DNA of 64,000 nt. Source: Gemmatimonadales bacterium (GTDB lineage: Bacteria > Gemmatimonadota > Gemmatimonadetes > Gemmatimonadales > GWC2-71-9). The notes beneath the pieces were generated by a model. That model was not told where the DNA came from. It saw only the letters and a list, made by a program, of their open reading frames with translations, and searched no databases. Shown here one piece after another: positions 16,691-30,928 of this stretch (the first letter of the stretch is position 1; each line of letters opens with the position of its first letter). A program made the translations under genes and the position numbers. The stretch covers positions 3,168,001 to 3,232,000 of the forward strand of contig OZ252244.1 in assembly GCA_965249575.1 (NCBI GenBank), read 5' to 3'.

Positions 16691-17754
16691 CCATGAAAGT
16701 CGACCTGTCCGGCCTGGTTTCGCCCCATCTCGTCGAAATGACGAAGCGGGAAGACAACGTCTTCTCCGCGGAGTTCCGGCTGCAGCCACTCGAACGGGGA
16801 TACGGGTACACGCTGGGAAACTCACTCCGGCGCATGCTGCTGTCGTCGCTGCCGGGGGCCGCGGTCTGGGGGTTCCGACTCGACGGCGTGGTGCACGAGC
16901 ACCAGACGATTCCCGGGGTTGTCGAAGACGTGCACCAGATCATCCAAAACTTGAAGTCGCTGACGCTCGTGTTGGCCGAGGAGGTCCCCGAGGTCGTTCT
17001 CCACATCAAATCGTCGGAGGCGGGAGCCGTCCAGGCACACCATATCGAGCAGCATGGGGCCGTGCAGGTAATCAATCCGGAACACGTTCTGTTCACGCTC
17101 GAGGAGGACCGGGAGGTCTCGGGTGAACTGTACGTGAACCGTGGTCGCGGCTACGTGGAGGCATCTCAGCATCCGGTCGATCGGTCCCTGCCGGTCGACA
17201 TGGTGCGCATCGATGCGGTTTACAATCCCGTGCGCCGGGCCAATTTCACCGTGGCCGAGACGCGCGTCGGGCAGCGAACCGATTTCGACCGGCTTACGGT
17301 CACGGTAGAGACCAACGGGACGCTCACTCCCGAGGACGCCGTTGCCTATGCGGCCGCCCTGTTACAGGAGCACTTCAGGTTCTTCCTCGACTTCGGCAGC
17401 GTATCGACGGTGTTCGGTCAGGCGAACGGCGCTTCGGAGCAGGAGGCTGGACGGCTGCGCGCGCTGTTGGCCCGTCCGATCGACGACTGTGGACTCTCGG
17501 CTCGGTCCATCAATTCGCTGAAAAATTCCAACATCGGTGTGCTCGGCGATCTGGTTCGATATACCGAAGAAGAAATGCTCCGAGTGAAAAACGTCGGTGA
17601 GAAGGCCTTGGGAGAGATCGCCGACCTGCTTCAGCGTGAGGGATTGAACTTCGGCATGGAGCTCGACGAGGTAGACGGCGACCTGGTGATTCGGAACGAA
17701 GGGACGCCGCCGTCCAATATCGGCGGCATCGGCGAGCCAGTCGGGGAGCCGTAG
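16687..17754 (+). CDS. rpoA: RNA polymerase alpha subunit
   Basis: PLERGYGYTLGNSLRRMLLSS, RVGQRTDFDRL, alpha-CTD LSARSINSL...NVGEKAL. Confidence 0.98.
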   Translation: MTMKVDLSGLVSPHLVEMTKREDNVFSAEFRLQPLERGYGYTLGNSLRRMLLSSLPGAAVWGFRLDGVVHEHQTIPGVVEDVHQIIQNLKSLTLVLAEEVPEVVLHIKSSEAGAVQAHHIEQHGAVQVINPEHVLFTLEEDREVSGELYVNRGRGYVEASQHPVDRSLPVDMVRIDAVYNPVRRANFTVAETRVGQRTDFDRLTVTVETNGTLTPEDAVAYAAALLQEHFRFFLDFGSVSTVFGQANGASEQEAGRLRALLARPIDDCGLSARSINSLKNSNIGVLGDLVRYTEEEMLRVKNVGEKALGEIADLLQREGLNFGMELDEVDGDLVIRNEGTPPSNIGGIGEPVGEP

Positions 17755-18110
17755 TGCGCCATCGGGCGAGGGGTCGCCAGCTCAGCCGGACGGCGAGCCA
17801 TCGCCGCGCGATGCTGAACAACCTCATGACGTCCTTGTTCACTCACGATCGCCTCGTGACTACCGAGGCCAAGGCCAAGGAAGTGCGCCCGCTGGCCGAA
17901 AAGCTGATCACGTTCGCGCGGCGGGGCGATCTGCACGCGAGACGCCAGGTGGAGCGGCGCATCCGCGACCGGGCCGCGGCGGGGCGGCTCTTCGGCGAGA
18001 TCGGGCCGCGGTTTGCGGGACGACCGGGCGGCTACACCCGGATTATCAAGTTGGGGCATCGCCGGGGTGATGGTGCGGAGATGGCGAGGATCGAACTCCT
18101 TGCGGAGTGA
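17754..18110 (+). CDS. rplQ: 50S ribosomal protein L17
   Basis: MRHR, TTEAKAKEVR, RPGGYTRIIK, RRGDGAEMA. Confidence 0.98.
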   Translation: MRHRARGRQLSRTASHRRAMLNNLMTSLFTHDRLVTTEAKAKEVRPLAEKLITFARRGDLHARRQVERRIRDRAAAGRLFGEIGPRFAGRPGGYTRIIKLGHRRGDGAEMARIELLAE

Positions 18111-18137
18111 CCGGGCCGTCGGAGTTGGGATTTGTGA

Positions 18138-18162
18138 TGGGGACCGCTTGGTCCCCGTTTTT

Positions 18163-18164
<2 letters not shown>
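18138..18164 (+). terminator. Rho-independent terminator of the alpha operon
   Basis: ggggacc-gctt-ggtcccc followed by gttttttt. Confidence 0.8.
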
Positions 18165-20408
<2,244 letters not shown>

Positions 20409-20425
<17 letters not shown>

Positions 20426-23400
20426 TATCGAGAGCATCTTGCTCATCGGATCCGGCCCCATCGTGATTGGGCAGGCGGCGGAGTTCGACTACTCGGGGAC
20501 GCAGGCGGTCAAAGCGCTGCGGGAGGAGGGGTACAGGGTCGTTCTGGTCAATTCGAATCCAGCGACGATCATGACTGATCCCGAAGTCGCGGACCGTACG
20601 TACGTCGAACCGGTGACGCCCGAATGGGTCGCGAAGGTGATCGAGCGGGAGCAACCGGATGCCCTGCTGCCGACCATGGGCGGGCAGACGGCGCTCAACG
20701 TGGCCATGGCGCTCGCGGAGGACGGCACCCTCGAACGCCACGGTGTCACCCTGATCGGCGCGGACGAGTGCGCTATTCGCATGGCGGAGGATCGCTCGGA
20801 ATTTGCCAAGGCCATGGAGCGCATCGGGCTGCAAGTCCCGCAGGGCCGGGTCATCAGTTCGCGGGACGAGGCCGTCGAGGCGGTGGCCGCTACCGGATAC
20901 CCGGCCATCATCCGACCGTCGTTTACGCTCGGAGGGACCGGGGGTGGGGTCGCCTACAATCGCTCCGAATACGAGACGCTGATCGAGCGGGCCCTCGCGC
21001 TCTCGCCGGTCCATACGGCGTTGGTGGAGCGCTCCGTGTTGGGCTGGAAGGAGTTCGAGCTCGAGGTCATGCGGGATTCGTACGACAACGTCGTCATCGT
21101 CTGCTCCATTGAGAATTTCGACGCGATGGGTGTGCATACCGGCGACTCCATTACCGTCGCGCCGGCCATGACGTTGACCGACCGGGAGTACCAGACGATG
21201 CGCGACGCGGCCATCGCCATCATCCGAGAGATCGGCGTGGCCGCAGGCGGCTGCAACATCCAATTCGCGGTGAATCCGGCCGATGGCGAGATGCTGGTGA
21301 TCGAGATGAACCCCCGGGTATCGCGATCGTCGGCGTTAGCGTCAAAGGCGACTGGATTCCCGATCGCGCGCATCGGGGCGAAGCTAGCGGTGGGCTTCGC
21401 GCTGCACGAGCTGCCGAACGACATCACCAAGACGACCCCGGCATCCTTCGAGCCGGTACTCGACTACGTCGTGGTGAAATGCCCGCGGTTCGCTTTCGAA
21501 AAATTTCCCACCGCCGACGCGACCCTCACGACCCAAATGAAATCGGTCGGTGAGGCCATGGCGATCGGCCGCACATTTAAGGAAGCATTTCAAAAGGGCA
21601 TCCGAGCGCTCGAGATCGACCGTCCGGGTTGGGTCACCGGGCACGTCCCTGAGGATGACCGGCTCAGGGCTGCTGACGCGGAAAGCATCAAACTTGCCCT
21701 GAGGACCCCGACGCCGGACCGGATTTTCCAGATCAAGTGGGCGTTTCGGGCGGGGGCAACCGTATCGGAGCTTGCCGAGCTAACGGCGATCGATCCGTGG
21801 TTTCTGGCGCAGCTCGAAGAGCTGATTGAGGCCGAGGACCAGTTTCAGGCCGCCACCGATTTGGACGCCGGTGGGGTTCGCACCATGAAGCGACTCGGGT
21901 TCTCCGACGCGCAGCTGGCCGAACTGCGGGGCCTGTCAGAGGACGAGATTCGCCGATATCGGTGGGACAACGAGATTCATGCTGCCTACAAGGTGGTGGA
22001 TACCTGCGCGGGTGAGTTTCCATCCCAGACCCCGTATCTCTACTCGTCGTACGACGATGAGAACGAGTCGGAGCCGATCGGTGATGACGGGGTGGTGATT
22101 CTCGGGAGCGGGCCGAATCGCATCGGGCAGGGAGTGGAGTTCGACTACTGCTGTGTCCGCGCGGGGCTGGCGTTCCGGGAGCTCGGCTATCGCACCATCA
22201 TGATCAATTCGAATCCCGAGACGGTCTCCACCGACTTCGATACCTCCGACAAGCTCTACTTTGAGCCGCTGACGCTCGAGGACGTGCTCGAGATCGTTCG
22301 GCTCGAGAAGCCCAAGGGGGTCGTGGTGCAGCTCGGAGGGCAGACCCCGCTCAAGTTGGCAAAGGGGCTCGAGGCCGCAGGCGTGTCGATCCTCGGCACC
22401 AGTCCCGAGGCCATCGATATCGCCGAAGACCGCCGCCGGTTCGAGGAGTTGAGCCGGAGGCTCGGCGCCACGCAACCCGCCAACGGGACCTGCACGAGCG
22501 TAGACGAGGCTGTTGCCGTTGCCGATCGTATCGGATATCCCGTTCTCGTCCGGCCCTCCTATGTATTGGGCGGTCGCGCGATGGAGATCGTGTATGACGA
22601 GCCGTCACTCCGGGACTACTTTGGCCGCGCGGCTCGCGTCTCGCCGGCACACCCCGTCCTGATCGACAGCTTCCTGGAAGACGCCTTCGAGGCGGACGTC
22701 GACGCGCTGTCCGATGGAGAGCGGTGCATCATTGGCGGGGTCATGCAGCATATCGAGGAGGCCGGCGTGCACTCCGGTGACTCGGCGTGCGTCATGCCTC
22801 CCTATCTCGTCGACGAGGCCGCGGTCGATGAGATGAGGGTTCGGACCCGTGCCTTCGCAAAGGAACTGGGCGTCGTCGGACTGATCAACGTCCAGTATGC
22901 GGTGCGAGACGGGGTCGTCTACGTGCTGGAGGTGAATCCCCGAGGGTCGCGGACCGTTCCCTTCGTGAGTAAAGCCACCGGCGTCCCGCTGGCGAAGCTC
23001 GCGGCGGCCGTAATGGTCGGCCGCACCCTCGACCAGCTCGGGATGTCCAAAGAGGTATCGATTCCGTATGTGGCGGTCAAAGAGGCGGTATTCCCGTTCA
23101 CGAAACTGCCGAACGTCGATACGCTGCTCGGCCCGGAGATGCGGTCGACGGGTGAGGTGATGGGGATCGCCGACAGTTTCGGGATGGCGTTCGCCAAAGC
23201 GCAAATTGGGGCGGATGCGGCGCTGCCGCTCGAGGGAACGGTGTTCGTGACCGTCAACGACCGCGACAAGGCCACGGTCGTCCCAATTGCGAGGCGCTTT
23301 CATGAGATGGGGTTCTCGGTCCTCGCGACCGACGGCACGGCTCGGTATCTCAGCCAGCGCGGCATTCCCGCGGAGAAAGTCCTCAAGGTCTACGAGGGGC

Positions 23401-23714
23401 GCCCGAACGCGAGCGACCTCATTCTCTCGGGCGCGGTGCAGCTCCTCATCAATACGCCGATGGGGAAGCTGACGCTGCAAGACGACTCACATATCCGTCG
23501 CACCGCCCTGCAGCACGGCATTCCCTACACTACGACGATGTCGGCAGCGAGCGCCGCCGGTGATGCGATTCTTGCCCTGCGAAGCCGGCGCGGCTCAGTG
23601 CGATGCCTCCAGGAATGGTATGAGATCCGCGGAGAGGTGAAGGGGATGACTCGCATGCTAGGCGCGAACAGCGGTGACGTGGCCCAGGCGGTCGGGGTCG
23701 ATCGTCCGCGATGA
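20409..23714 (+). CDS. carB: Carbamoyl-phosphate synthase large subunit
   Basis: MPKRSDI...[17 protein letters not shown]; duplicated ATP-grasp domains; MGS domain. Confidence 0.98.
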
Positions 23715-24631
23715 CCTCCGCTCTGCTCCATGAGTTGCAGCAGAGGGTCGGATGCGACGTGACTCCGGGGGCGCCCCTCGCCACGCACACGACGTACCGG
23801 ATCGGAGGCCCCGCGGCGGTGTTGGTGACTCCACGCGGGATGGACGAAATTGCGGAGGTTCTCCAGTTCGCCGTGGAGACGGGGACCTCTTGGCTCGTTC
23901 TCGGGCTGGGGTCGAACATCCTGGTTCCGGATAGCGGCTTCGATGGGATCGTGCTCCGTCTGGGCAAGCCGATGGGATCGATCGTTCGGACGGGAGGCGA
24001 TCGTTGGACGGTCGGGGCGGGCCTCCCGACACCGTTGCTGGCTCGAAGAAGCGCGGCGGCCGGCCTGGGCGGCGTCCAGCGACTCGTTGGCGTCCCCGGG
24101 ACCGTTGGTGGCGGGGTATTCATGAATGCTGGAGCCCACGGCCAGGACTACAGCCAGGTGGTGCGCTGGGTTGACATCATCGATCCGGGCGGGCACGCGC
24201 GGCGCCTGCGCGGGGACGACATCGTCTGGCGGTATCGGGGCAGCGGGCTCGAGGGAAGCGTGGTCGCGGCCGCCTCGCTTGCCTTCGAGGCTGGGGACCC
24301 GGCGCTCCTTCTCCGAGAGCTGGGCCACAACCTCCGGCGGCGTCGGCGTGGGACGCCTTTTGACCAGCCGTGCTGCGGCTCAGTGTTTCGAAATCCCGGG
24401 GCCACGGGCGATCCGGATGTTCCGGCCACTGCTGGGAAACTGATCGAGGCGGCGGGGCTCAAGGGATACTCGGTTGGGGGTGCGGGGGTTTCCGGCATGC
24501 ACGCCAACTACATCGTGAACACCGGAGGCGGCACGGCCGCGGACGTCTTGGCAGTGATCGCCCACGTGCGCGAAGACGTCCACCGGAGGTTCGATGTCGA
24601 GCTCGAGCTCGAAGTGAAGGTGATCACGTAG
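23711..24631 (+). CDS. murB: UDP-N-acetylmuramate dehydrogenase
   Basis: [49 protein letters not shown]. Confidence 0.95.
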   Translation: MTSALLHELQQRVGCDVTPGAPLATHTTYRIGGPAAVLVTPRGMDEIAEVLQFAVETGTSWLVLGLGSNILVPDSGFDGIVLRLGKPMGSIVRTGGDRWTVGAGLPTPLLARRSAAAGLGGVQRLVGVPGTVGGGVFMNAGAHGQDYSQVVRWVDIIDPGGHARRLRGDDIVWRYRGSGLEGSVVAAASLAFEAGDPALLLRELGHNLRRRRRGTPFDQPCCGSVFRNPGATGDPDVPATAGKLIEAAGLKGYSVGGAGVSGMHANYIVNTGGGTAADVLAVIAHVREDVHRRFDVELELEVKVIT

Positions 24632-24638
24632 TCCGGCC

Positions 24639-25232
24639 ATGTCTAAGGACTACTTCGCGCATGAAAGCGCCTGCATCGACGAAGGCGCCGAGATCGGCAA
24701 GGGCACCAAGATCTGGCACTTCTGCCATGTCATGGGAGGCGCCAAGATCGGGCGAGGGTGCACGCTCGGTCAGAACGTCGTGGCGATGCCCGGATCCCGC
24801 ATCGGAGACCGCGTGAAGATTCAAAACAACGTGTCCGTGTACGAGGGGGTGGTGCTCGAGGACGATGTGTTCTGCGGCCCGTCGTGCGTCTTTACGAATG
24901 TGTCGAATCCGCGGAGTGAAGTGTCACGGAAGGAGGAGTTCCAGCCAACCGTCATCCGGCGTGGTGCGACCCTTGGGGCGAATGCAACTATCGTCTGCGG
25001 TGTGACGCTGGGTGAATACGCCTTCGTCGGAGCAGGCGCGGTTGTGACAGCGGACGTCGCGTCCTACGCGCTGGTAATAGGGGTTCCGGCTCGGCGCGTT
25101 GGGTGGGTGTGCCGGTGTGGGGAGCGCCTCCCCGAGCATCGAGTGGCGCCCCAGTGCGGGCGATGCGGGCGCCGATATCGGGGCGGAGGTGGTGAAACCG
25201 AGCAGATTGATTTTGACCCCGCGGTAAGCTAA
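24639..25232 (+). CDS. Hexapeptide-repeat sugar N-acetyltransferase (WbpD/WlbB-like)
   Basis: TKIWHFCHV, VKIQNNVSVYEGV, FCGPSCVFTNV-NPRS, GWVCRCG. Confidence 0.88.
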   Translation: MSKDYFAHESACIDEGAEIGKGTKIWHFCHVMGGAKIGRGCTLGQNVVAMPGSRIGDRVKIQNNVSVYEGVVLEDDVFCGPSCVFTNVSNPRSEVSRKEEFQPTVIRRGATLGANATIVCGVTLGEYAFVGAGAVVTADVASYALVIGVPARRVGWVCRCGERLPEHRVAPQCGRCGRRYRGGGGETEQIDFDPAVS

Positions 25233-25251
25233 GTTTTTATCCCTTCTGCAC

Positions 25252-26379
25252 TTGAATAGCGTCGTGAACATACCGCTGCTGGACCTCAGAGCCCAGTTTC
25301 AATCCATTCGGGGCGAAGTTCTGCCGGCGCTCCTTGAGATCGTCGAGCGGCAGCAGTTCATCCTGGGGCCGCCGGTCAGCGCGCTCGAGGCCGCGATCGC
25401 CGAGCGCTGTCACTCGGGCTTTGGGATTGGGTGCGCCAGCGGAACCGACGCGTTGTTGCTCTCGCTCCGGGCACTGGATGTCGGTCCAGGCGCCGAGGTG
25501 ATCACCTCCCCGTTCACGTTCTTCGCGTCGGCGGGCTCGATCCACAACGTGGGGGCCCGGCCGGTGTTCGTGGACATCGACCCGGCCACCTTCCTTCTCG
25601 ACCTCGGTGAGGTCGAGACGCTGATCTCGGATCGGACCCGCGCGATTATTCCGGTGCACCTGTTCGGTCAAATGGCACAGATGGAGCGCGTCACCGCGCT
25701 TGCCGAGCGCCACCACCTCGCGGTCGTCGAAGACGCTGCACAAGCCATCGGCGCGCGCCAGCGGGTGCAGGCGAAGTGGCGGATGGCGGGGGAGCTCGGC
25801 AGCAGTGGAGCGTTCTCTTTTTTCCCCAGCAAGAACCTCGGTGGGTGGGGGGACGGCGGGATGATCGTCACGCGGGACGCGGCGCTGGCCGGTCGGCTGA
25901 AGAGGCTGAGGACACACGGTGGCGCCAAGACGTACCACCATGATGAGGTGGGGTTCAACAGCAGGCTCGATGGCTTGCAAGCGGCTGTTCTGTTGGCGAA
26001 GCTTCCGCACCTCGATGCTTGGGCAGAGGCGCGAAGGGCGAGGGCCGCAATCTACGACGACGCGCTCAGCGATGTGGCGGAGGTAGTCGTGCCGACGACG
26101 GAGCCGTCAAATGAACACGTGTACCACCAATACACGATTCGTGCGGAGCGGCGCGATGACCTTCGGGCGCATCTCGACGGCGCCGCAATAGGTTGTAACG
26201 TGTACTATCCGGTGCCTCTGCATCTACAACCCTGTTTTGCCGGTCTCGGTTACACCGTGGGACGGTTTCCGGAGGCCGAACGCGCGAGCCGCGAAGTCCT
26301 ATCCCTTCCGATCTATCCTGAGCTTGGCGAGGACGATTGTCTGCGTGTCGCCGAGACGATCCGCGGATTCTACCAGTGA
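25252..26379 (+). CDS. DegT/DnrJ/EryC1/StrS aminotransferase (WbpE/GnnB-like)
   Basis: SGTDALLL, EDAAQAIG, SFFPSKNLGGWGDGG, NSRLD, SLPIYP. Confidence 0.92.
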   Translation: MNSVVNIPLLDLRAQFQSIRGEVLPALLEIVERQQFILGPPVSALEAAIAERCHSGFGIGCASGTDALLLSLRALDVGPGAEVITSPFTFFASAGSIHNVGARPVFVDIDPATFLLDLGEVETLISDRTRAIIPVHLFGQMAQMERVTALAERHHLAVVEDAAQAIGARQRVQAKWRMAGELGSSGAFSFFPSKNLGGWGDGGMIVTRDAALAGRLKRLRTHGGAKTYHHDEVGFNSRLDGLQAAVLLAKLPHLDAWAEARRARAAIYDDALSDVAEVVVPTTEPSNEHVYHQYTIRAERRDDLRAHLDGAAIGCNVYYPVPLHLQPCFAGLGYTVGRFPEAERASREVLSLPIYPELGEDDCLRVAETIRGFYQ

Positions 26380-27401
26380 GCGACCGTCTCGAGATTGCGG
26401 TCATCGGCGCCGGGAACTGGGGTCGCAACCACATCCGTACGCTGAGTGCCATGCCGGACGTGAACCTCGCGGCGGTGTGTGACCGATCGGGTGAGCGACG
26501 TGAGCTCGTGCGCCAGCTGCATCCCGACGTGGACGTCACCGCGAGTGCCGACGAGGCCATGGACAAGGCGCAGGCAGTGGTCGTCGCGACGCATGCGATG
26601 ACGCACGCGGAGCTGGCGCGCAAGGCGATCGGCCGCGGCCTGCCGGTCCTCGTGGAGAAGCCGTTCACGCTCTCCGTCACTGATGCTGAAGCCGTCGCGC
26701 AGCTGGCCGAGCAGGCGGGTATCCAGGTCGTGGTGGGGCATCTGCTTCTGTTTCATCCGGCCATCGAGCGCCTCAAAGTCATGGTCGACGGCGGTGATCT
26801 CGGGTCCATGTATTATCTGTACGCACAGCGAGTGAATCTGGGCCAGGTGCGTCCCGACGAGAACGCACTGTGGAGTTTTGGCCCGCACGATGTCTCCATT
26901 GCCATTCACTTGTTGGGTCAGACCCCCGGTCGGGTCACCGCGCAGGGCCGAAGCTACCTCCAGGCAGGTATCGAGGATGTCGTGTTTTTGACGATGGAGT
27001 TCGAGTCGGGAGCGATGGCTCACGTGCAGATGTCGTGGCTGGATCCCCATAAGGAGCGACGCCTCACGGTGGTCGGGTCGCGAAAGATGGTGGTCTTCGA
27101 TGACATGCAGGCGCGGGAGAAACTCAAGATCTACGACAAAGGTGTGGATCGGCCGCCCGAGTACTCGTCGTACGGCGAGAGCCTGGCCATCCGCGAAGGC
27201 GACATTACGATCCCGCGGGTCCCCAATGTCGAGCCGCTCAGCGCCGAGCTGCGCCACTTCGTCGATGTCGCGCGGGGCGTCACGAGCTCGAGGGTCGGAC
27301 CGAGGAGTGGTGCGGAGGTCGTGCGGGTGTTGGCCGCGGCGTCGGCGTCGCTGCTCGACGGCGGCCGCAGCGTCGAGCTTGAATCGATGGGGGTCTCGTG
27401 A
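26376..27401 (+). CDS. Gfo/Idh/MocA oxidoreductase (WbpB/GnnA-like)
   Basis: GAGNWG, VLVEKP, VGHLLLFHPA, PHDVS, SWLDPHKER. Confidence 0.88.
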   Translation: MSDRLEIAVIGAGNWGRNHIRTLSAMPDVNLAAVCDRSGERRELVRQLHPDVDVTASADEAMDKAQAVVVATHAMTHAELARKAIGRGLPVLVEKPFTLSVTDAEAVAQLAEQAGIQVVVGHLLLFHPAIERLKVMVDGGDLGSMYYLYAQRVNLGQVRPDENALWSFGPHDVSIAIHLLGQTPGRVTAQGRSYLQAGIEDVVFLTMEFESGAMAHVQMSWLDPHKERRLTVVGSRKMVVFDDMQAREKLKIYDKGVDRPPEYSSYGESLAIREGDITIPRVPNVEPLSAELRHFVDVARGVTSSRVGPRSGAEVVRVLAAASASLLDGGRSVELESMGVS

Positions 27402-28690
27402 CGGCCGTCGCTGATCTGATTGCCAAGAGCGAGGATCGATCGGCGGTCTTCGGCATCATCGGTCTGGGCTACGTCGGCCTACCGCTGGCCAAGGAGGTCG
27501 CGTCTTCCGGCTATCAGGTCGTCGGGTTCGACGTCAGCCAGCGCGTCGTTGACGGGATCAACGCCGGGGAGTCCCACATCGCGGACGTGTCCAGCGAGGA
27601 ACTCACGAGGTACGTGGGAGACGGCCGCGTGTCGGCGACCTCGGACATGGAACGATTGTCGGACGTAGATGTGGTGTCGATCTGCGTGCCGACACCGCTA
27701 TCAAAGACGAAGGATCCCGATGTTTCCTTCGTAATGGCCGCGGCTGAAGCGGTAACGGCCACGGTGCGGGCCGGCCAGGCCGTGGTGCTCGAGAGCACGA
27801 CATATCCGGGAACCACGCGCGAGCTATTGCTCCCGCGCATCGAATCGCGAGGGCTCAAGGTTGGCCGCGATGTTTTCCTGGCCTTTAGTCCTGAGCGAGT
27901 CGATCCCGGCAATCCCACGTGGCACACGAGGAACACGCCGAAAGTCGTCGGCGGGATTACCGAGGCGTGCGGCCGGGTCGTGCTCGCGCTCTATAAACCC
28001 GTCTTCGACTGTCTCGTCCCGGTCTCGTCTCCAGAGGCGGCCGAGCTCGTCAAGCTTCTGGAAAACACGTTCCGCAGCGTGAACATCGGTCTCGCCAACG
28101 AGATGGCGATCGTCTGCGACAAGCTGGGCGGGGATGTCTGGGAGGTGATCGATGCCGCGGCCACGAAGCCGTTCGGTTTCATGAAGTTCTCCCCGGGTCC
28201 CGGACTCGGTGGCCATTGTATCCCGATCGATCCACACTATCTCGCGTGGAAGATGCGCGGGCTCAACTACAAGACCCGGTTCATCGATGTGGCGGGTGAA
28301 GTCAACTCGGAGATGCCCGCGTTTTGGGTACGGAAGGTGGCGGAGGCGCTCAACGAAGGCGCCAAGGCCGTGAGGGGATCGCGGGTGCTCCTCCTGGGCG
28401 TCTCGTACAAGAAGGACGTCGACGACGTGCGTGAGAGTCCGGCACTCGACATCATCCGGCTCCTCCAACAGCAGGGTGCTCAGGTTCGGTATCACGACCC
28501 CTACGTCACGACGGTGAGCGAGGATGGAACGGTCCTCGACAGTGTGGCTCTCACCTCAGACGAAGTGCGTAGTGCGGATTGCATCCTCATCGCGACGGAT
28601 CATTCGAATGTGGACTATCGCATGATATCGAAGGAGGCCTCGCGGGTGGTGGATACGCGGAACGTGCTGAATCGGAAGGAGCCGTCGTGA
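27398..28690 (+). CDS. UDP-N-acetylhexosamine 6-dehydrogenase (WbpA/WecC family)
   Basis: GLGYVGLP, ICVPTPL, ESTTYPGTT, FSPERVDPG, GGHCIPIDP, YKKDVDDVRESP. Confidence 0.92.
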   Translation: MTAVADLIAKSEDRSAVFGIIGLGYVGLPLAKEVASSGYQVVGFDVSQRVVDGINAGESHIADVSSEELTRYVGDGRVSATSDMERLSDVDVVSICVPTPLSKTKDPDVSFVMAAAEAVTATVRAGQAVVLESTTYPGTTRELLLPRIESRGLKVGRDVFLAFSPERVDPGNPTWHTRNTPKVVGGITEACGRVVLALYKPVFDCLVPVSSPEAAELVKLLENTFRSVNIGLANEMAIVCDKLGGDVWEVIDAAATKPFGFMKFSPGPGLGGHCIPIDPHYLAWKMRGLNYKTRFIDVAGEVNSEMPAFWVRKVAEALNEGAKAVRGSRVLLLGVSYKKDVDDVRESPALDIIRLLQQQGAQVRYHDPYVTTVSEDGTVLDSVALTSDEVRSADCILIATDHSNVDYRMISKEASRVVDTRNVLNRKEPS

Positions 28691-29988
28691 AGGTCGCAGT
28701 CGTTGGAACCGGCTATGTGGGTCTGGTGGTCGGGGCTTGCCTAGCGGAGACCGGGAACGAGGTGGTCTGCGCCGATCTCAGCGACCAAAAGATCAACCAG
28801 CTCAAGACCAACCGGATCCCCATCTACGAGCCCGGCCTGGAACCGTTAGTGCTTCGTAACCAGCAAGAGGGCCGACTGCGGTTCACCACCGACGTCGGAA
28901 CCGCGGTCAAAATGGCGGACGTGGTGTTCATCGCCGTCGGCACGCCGGCCGGTGAGGACGGCTCCGCCGATCTCCAGCACGTGCTCGCGGTGGCGGAAAC
29001 GATCGGCGAGAACATGGACCGACCGAAGGTGGTGATTACCAAGAGCACCGTTCCCGTGGGCACAGCCTCCAAAGTGCGTGACGTCATCGCATCTCGGACC
29101 AGCGAGCGGTTTCATGTCTGTTCGAATCCGGAGTTCCTGAAGGAGGGGGCTGCCGTCGAGGACTTCATGAAGCCCGATCGTGTCGTCGTGGGCGTCGACT
29201 CCGACGAGGCGGCCCAACTGCTACAGGAACTCTACAGTCCATTCGTGCGCACCGGGAACCCGCTGATCTTCATGGACGTCCCGTCGGCCGAGCTCACCAA
29301 GTACGCGGCAAACGCCATGCTGGCGACTCGGATCACGTTCATGAACCAGATCGCGGAAGTCTGCGAACACATCGGGGCTGACATCACGTTGGTTCGCAAG
29401 GGAGTGGGGAGCGACTCGCGCATTGGCCCGGCGTTCCTCTTCCCCGGCCCCGGATATGGGGGATCGTGCTTCCCAAAGGACGTCCGGGCGCTGATCCGCA
29501 CGTCCGAGGATTGCGGGGTTTCGCTCGAAGTGCTGAAAGCGGTCGAGGCCGTCAACGAGCGGCAAAAAACGCGACTCCTGGAAAAGTTGACCCAGGTTCT
29601 CGACGGAGGGCTCGCGAACGCCACTATTGCGGTTTGGGGACTCGCGTTCAAGGCACGCACGGATGACATGCGCGAGAGTCCGGCTATCGAGCTGATCGAG
29701 GGCTTGCTCGCGCAGGGGGCGACCGTGCAGGCGCATGATCCTGCCGCGATCGAAACGGCCCGCGGCGTCTTCGGGGATCGGATCACCTATTCCGATCGCG
29801 CCTATGACGCCCTCGATGGAGCCGAGGCGCTGGTCATCGTGACCGAATGGCTGGAGTTCCGTAACCCTGATTTCGCGCGAATGAAAGATTTACTACGGCG
29901 CCCGGTGATCGTTGACGGCCGCAACCTCTACAACCCGACCAAGATGCGCGGCCTGGGGTTCACCTATGTCGGGATCGGACGGGGGTGA
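28687..29988 (+). CDS. ugd: UDP-glucose 6-dehydrogenase
   Basis: [45 protein letters not shown]. Confidence 0.94.
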   Translation: MKVAVVGTGYVGLVVGACLAETGNEVVCADLSDQKINQLKTNRIPIYEPGLEPLVLRNQQEGRLRFTTDVGTAVKMADVVFIAVGTPAGEDGSADLQHVLAVAETIGENMDRPKVVITKSTVPVGTASKVRDVIASRTSERFHVCSNPEFLKEGAAVEDFMKPDRVVVGVDSDEAAQLLQELYSPFVRTGNPLIFMDVPSAELTKYAANAMLATRITFMNQIAEVCEHIGADITLVRKGVGSDSRIGPAFLFPGPGYGGSCFPKDVRALIRTSEDCGVSLEVLKAVEAVNERQKTRLLEKLTQVLDGGLANATIAVWGLAFKARTDDMRESPAIELIEGLLAQGATVQAHDPAAIETARGVFGDRITYSDRAYDALDGAEALVIVTEWLEFRNPDFARMKDLLRRPVIVDGRNLYNPTKMRGLGFTYVGIGRG

Positions 29989-29992
29989 ATTC

Positions 29993-30928
29993 GTGAGAAT
30001 ACTCGTCACGGGTGCCGGGGGGTTCCTCGGGTCTCACCTTTCCGACCGGTTGGTGCGCGAGGGCCACGAAGTCGTCGGCATGGACAACTTCATTACCGGT
30101 TGCGAGGCCAACATCGCCCACCTCGGTACGGAGCCGCGCTTCACCTTCGTCAAGCATGACGTAACGCAGTTCGTTGATGTGAGCGGTCCGGTCGATGCTG
30201 TCTTCCACCTGGCATCGCCGGCGAGCCCGATCGACTATCTGCGCCTGCCAATCCAGACCTTGAAGGTGGGTGCCCTTGGCACCCACAACACCCTGGGTTT
30301 GGCCAAAGCGAAGGGCGCGACGTACTTCCTGGCGAGCACCTCCGAGGTGTATGGCGATCCGCACGTGCACCCCCAGCCGGAGTCGTACTGGGGACACGTG
30401 AATCCGGTGGGTCCCCGGGGCGTATACGACGAGGCCAAGCGTTTCGCCGAAGCGATGACCATGGCGTACCACCGGTATCACGGTGTCGATACGCGAATTG
30501 CTCGAATCTTCAATACCTACGGGCCCCGCATGCGCCCGGACGACGGGCGGGTCGTGTCGAATTTCATCGTGCAGGCGATCCGGGGTGAGCCCTTGACGGT
30601 ATACGGCGACGGATCTCAAACGCGCTCGTTCTGCTACGTCGACGACCTCATCGAGGGGTTCGTTCGTCTGCTCGTGCGGGGAAACTCGGATCCCACGAAC
30701 TTGGGTAATCCGGCGGAGTTCAGCGTACGGGGCCTCGCCGAGCTGGTGCGGGAGCAGCTTGGCTCCAAGACCCCCATCGTCGAAAGGCCCCTTCCAACCG
30801 ACGACCCCAAACAGCGCCGGCCCGACATCTCCCGTGCGAACGGTCTCCTCGGCTGGGAGCCGGCGGTGCAGCTCGAGGAGGGGCTCCGGCGCACCATCGC
30901 GCACTTCCAGAGCTCGCTAGCGGCGTGA
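29993..30928 (+). CDS. UDP-glucuronate decarboxylase (UDP-xylose synthase)
   Basis: [44 protein letters not shown]. Confidence 0.92.
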   Translation: MRILVTGAGGFLGSHLSDRLVREGHEVVGMDNFITGCEANIAHLGTEPRFTFVKHDVTQFVDVSGPVDAVFHLASPASPIDYLRLPIQTLKVGALGTHNTLGLAKAKGATYFLASTSEVYGDPHVHPQPESYWGHVNPVGPRGVYDEAKRFAEAMTMAYHRYHGVDTRIARIFNTYGPRMRPDDGRVVSNFIVQAIRGEPLTVYGDGSQTRSFCYVDDLIEGFVRLLVRGNSDPTNLGNPAEFSVRGLAELVREQLGSKTPIVERPLPTDDPKQRRPDISRANGLLGWEPAVQLEEGLRRTIAHFQSSLAA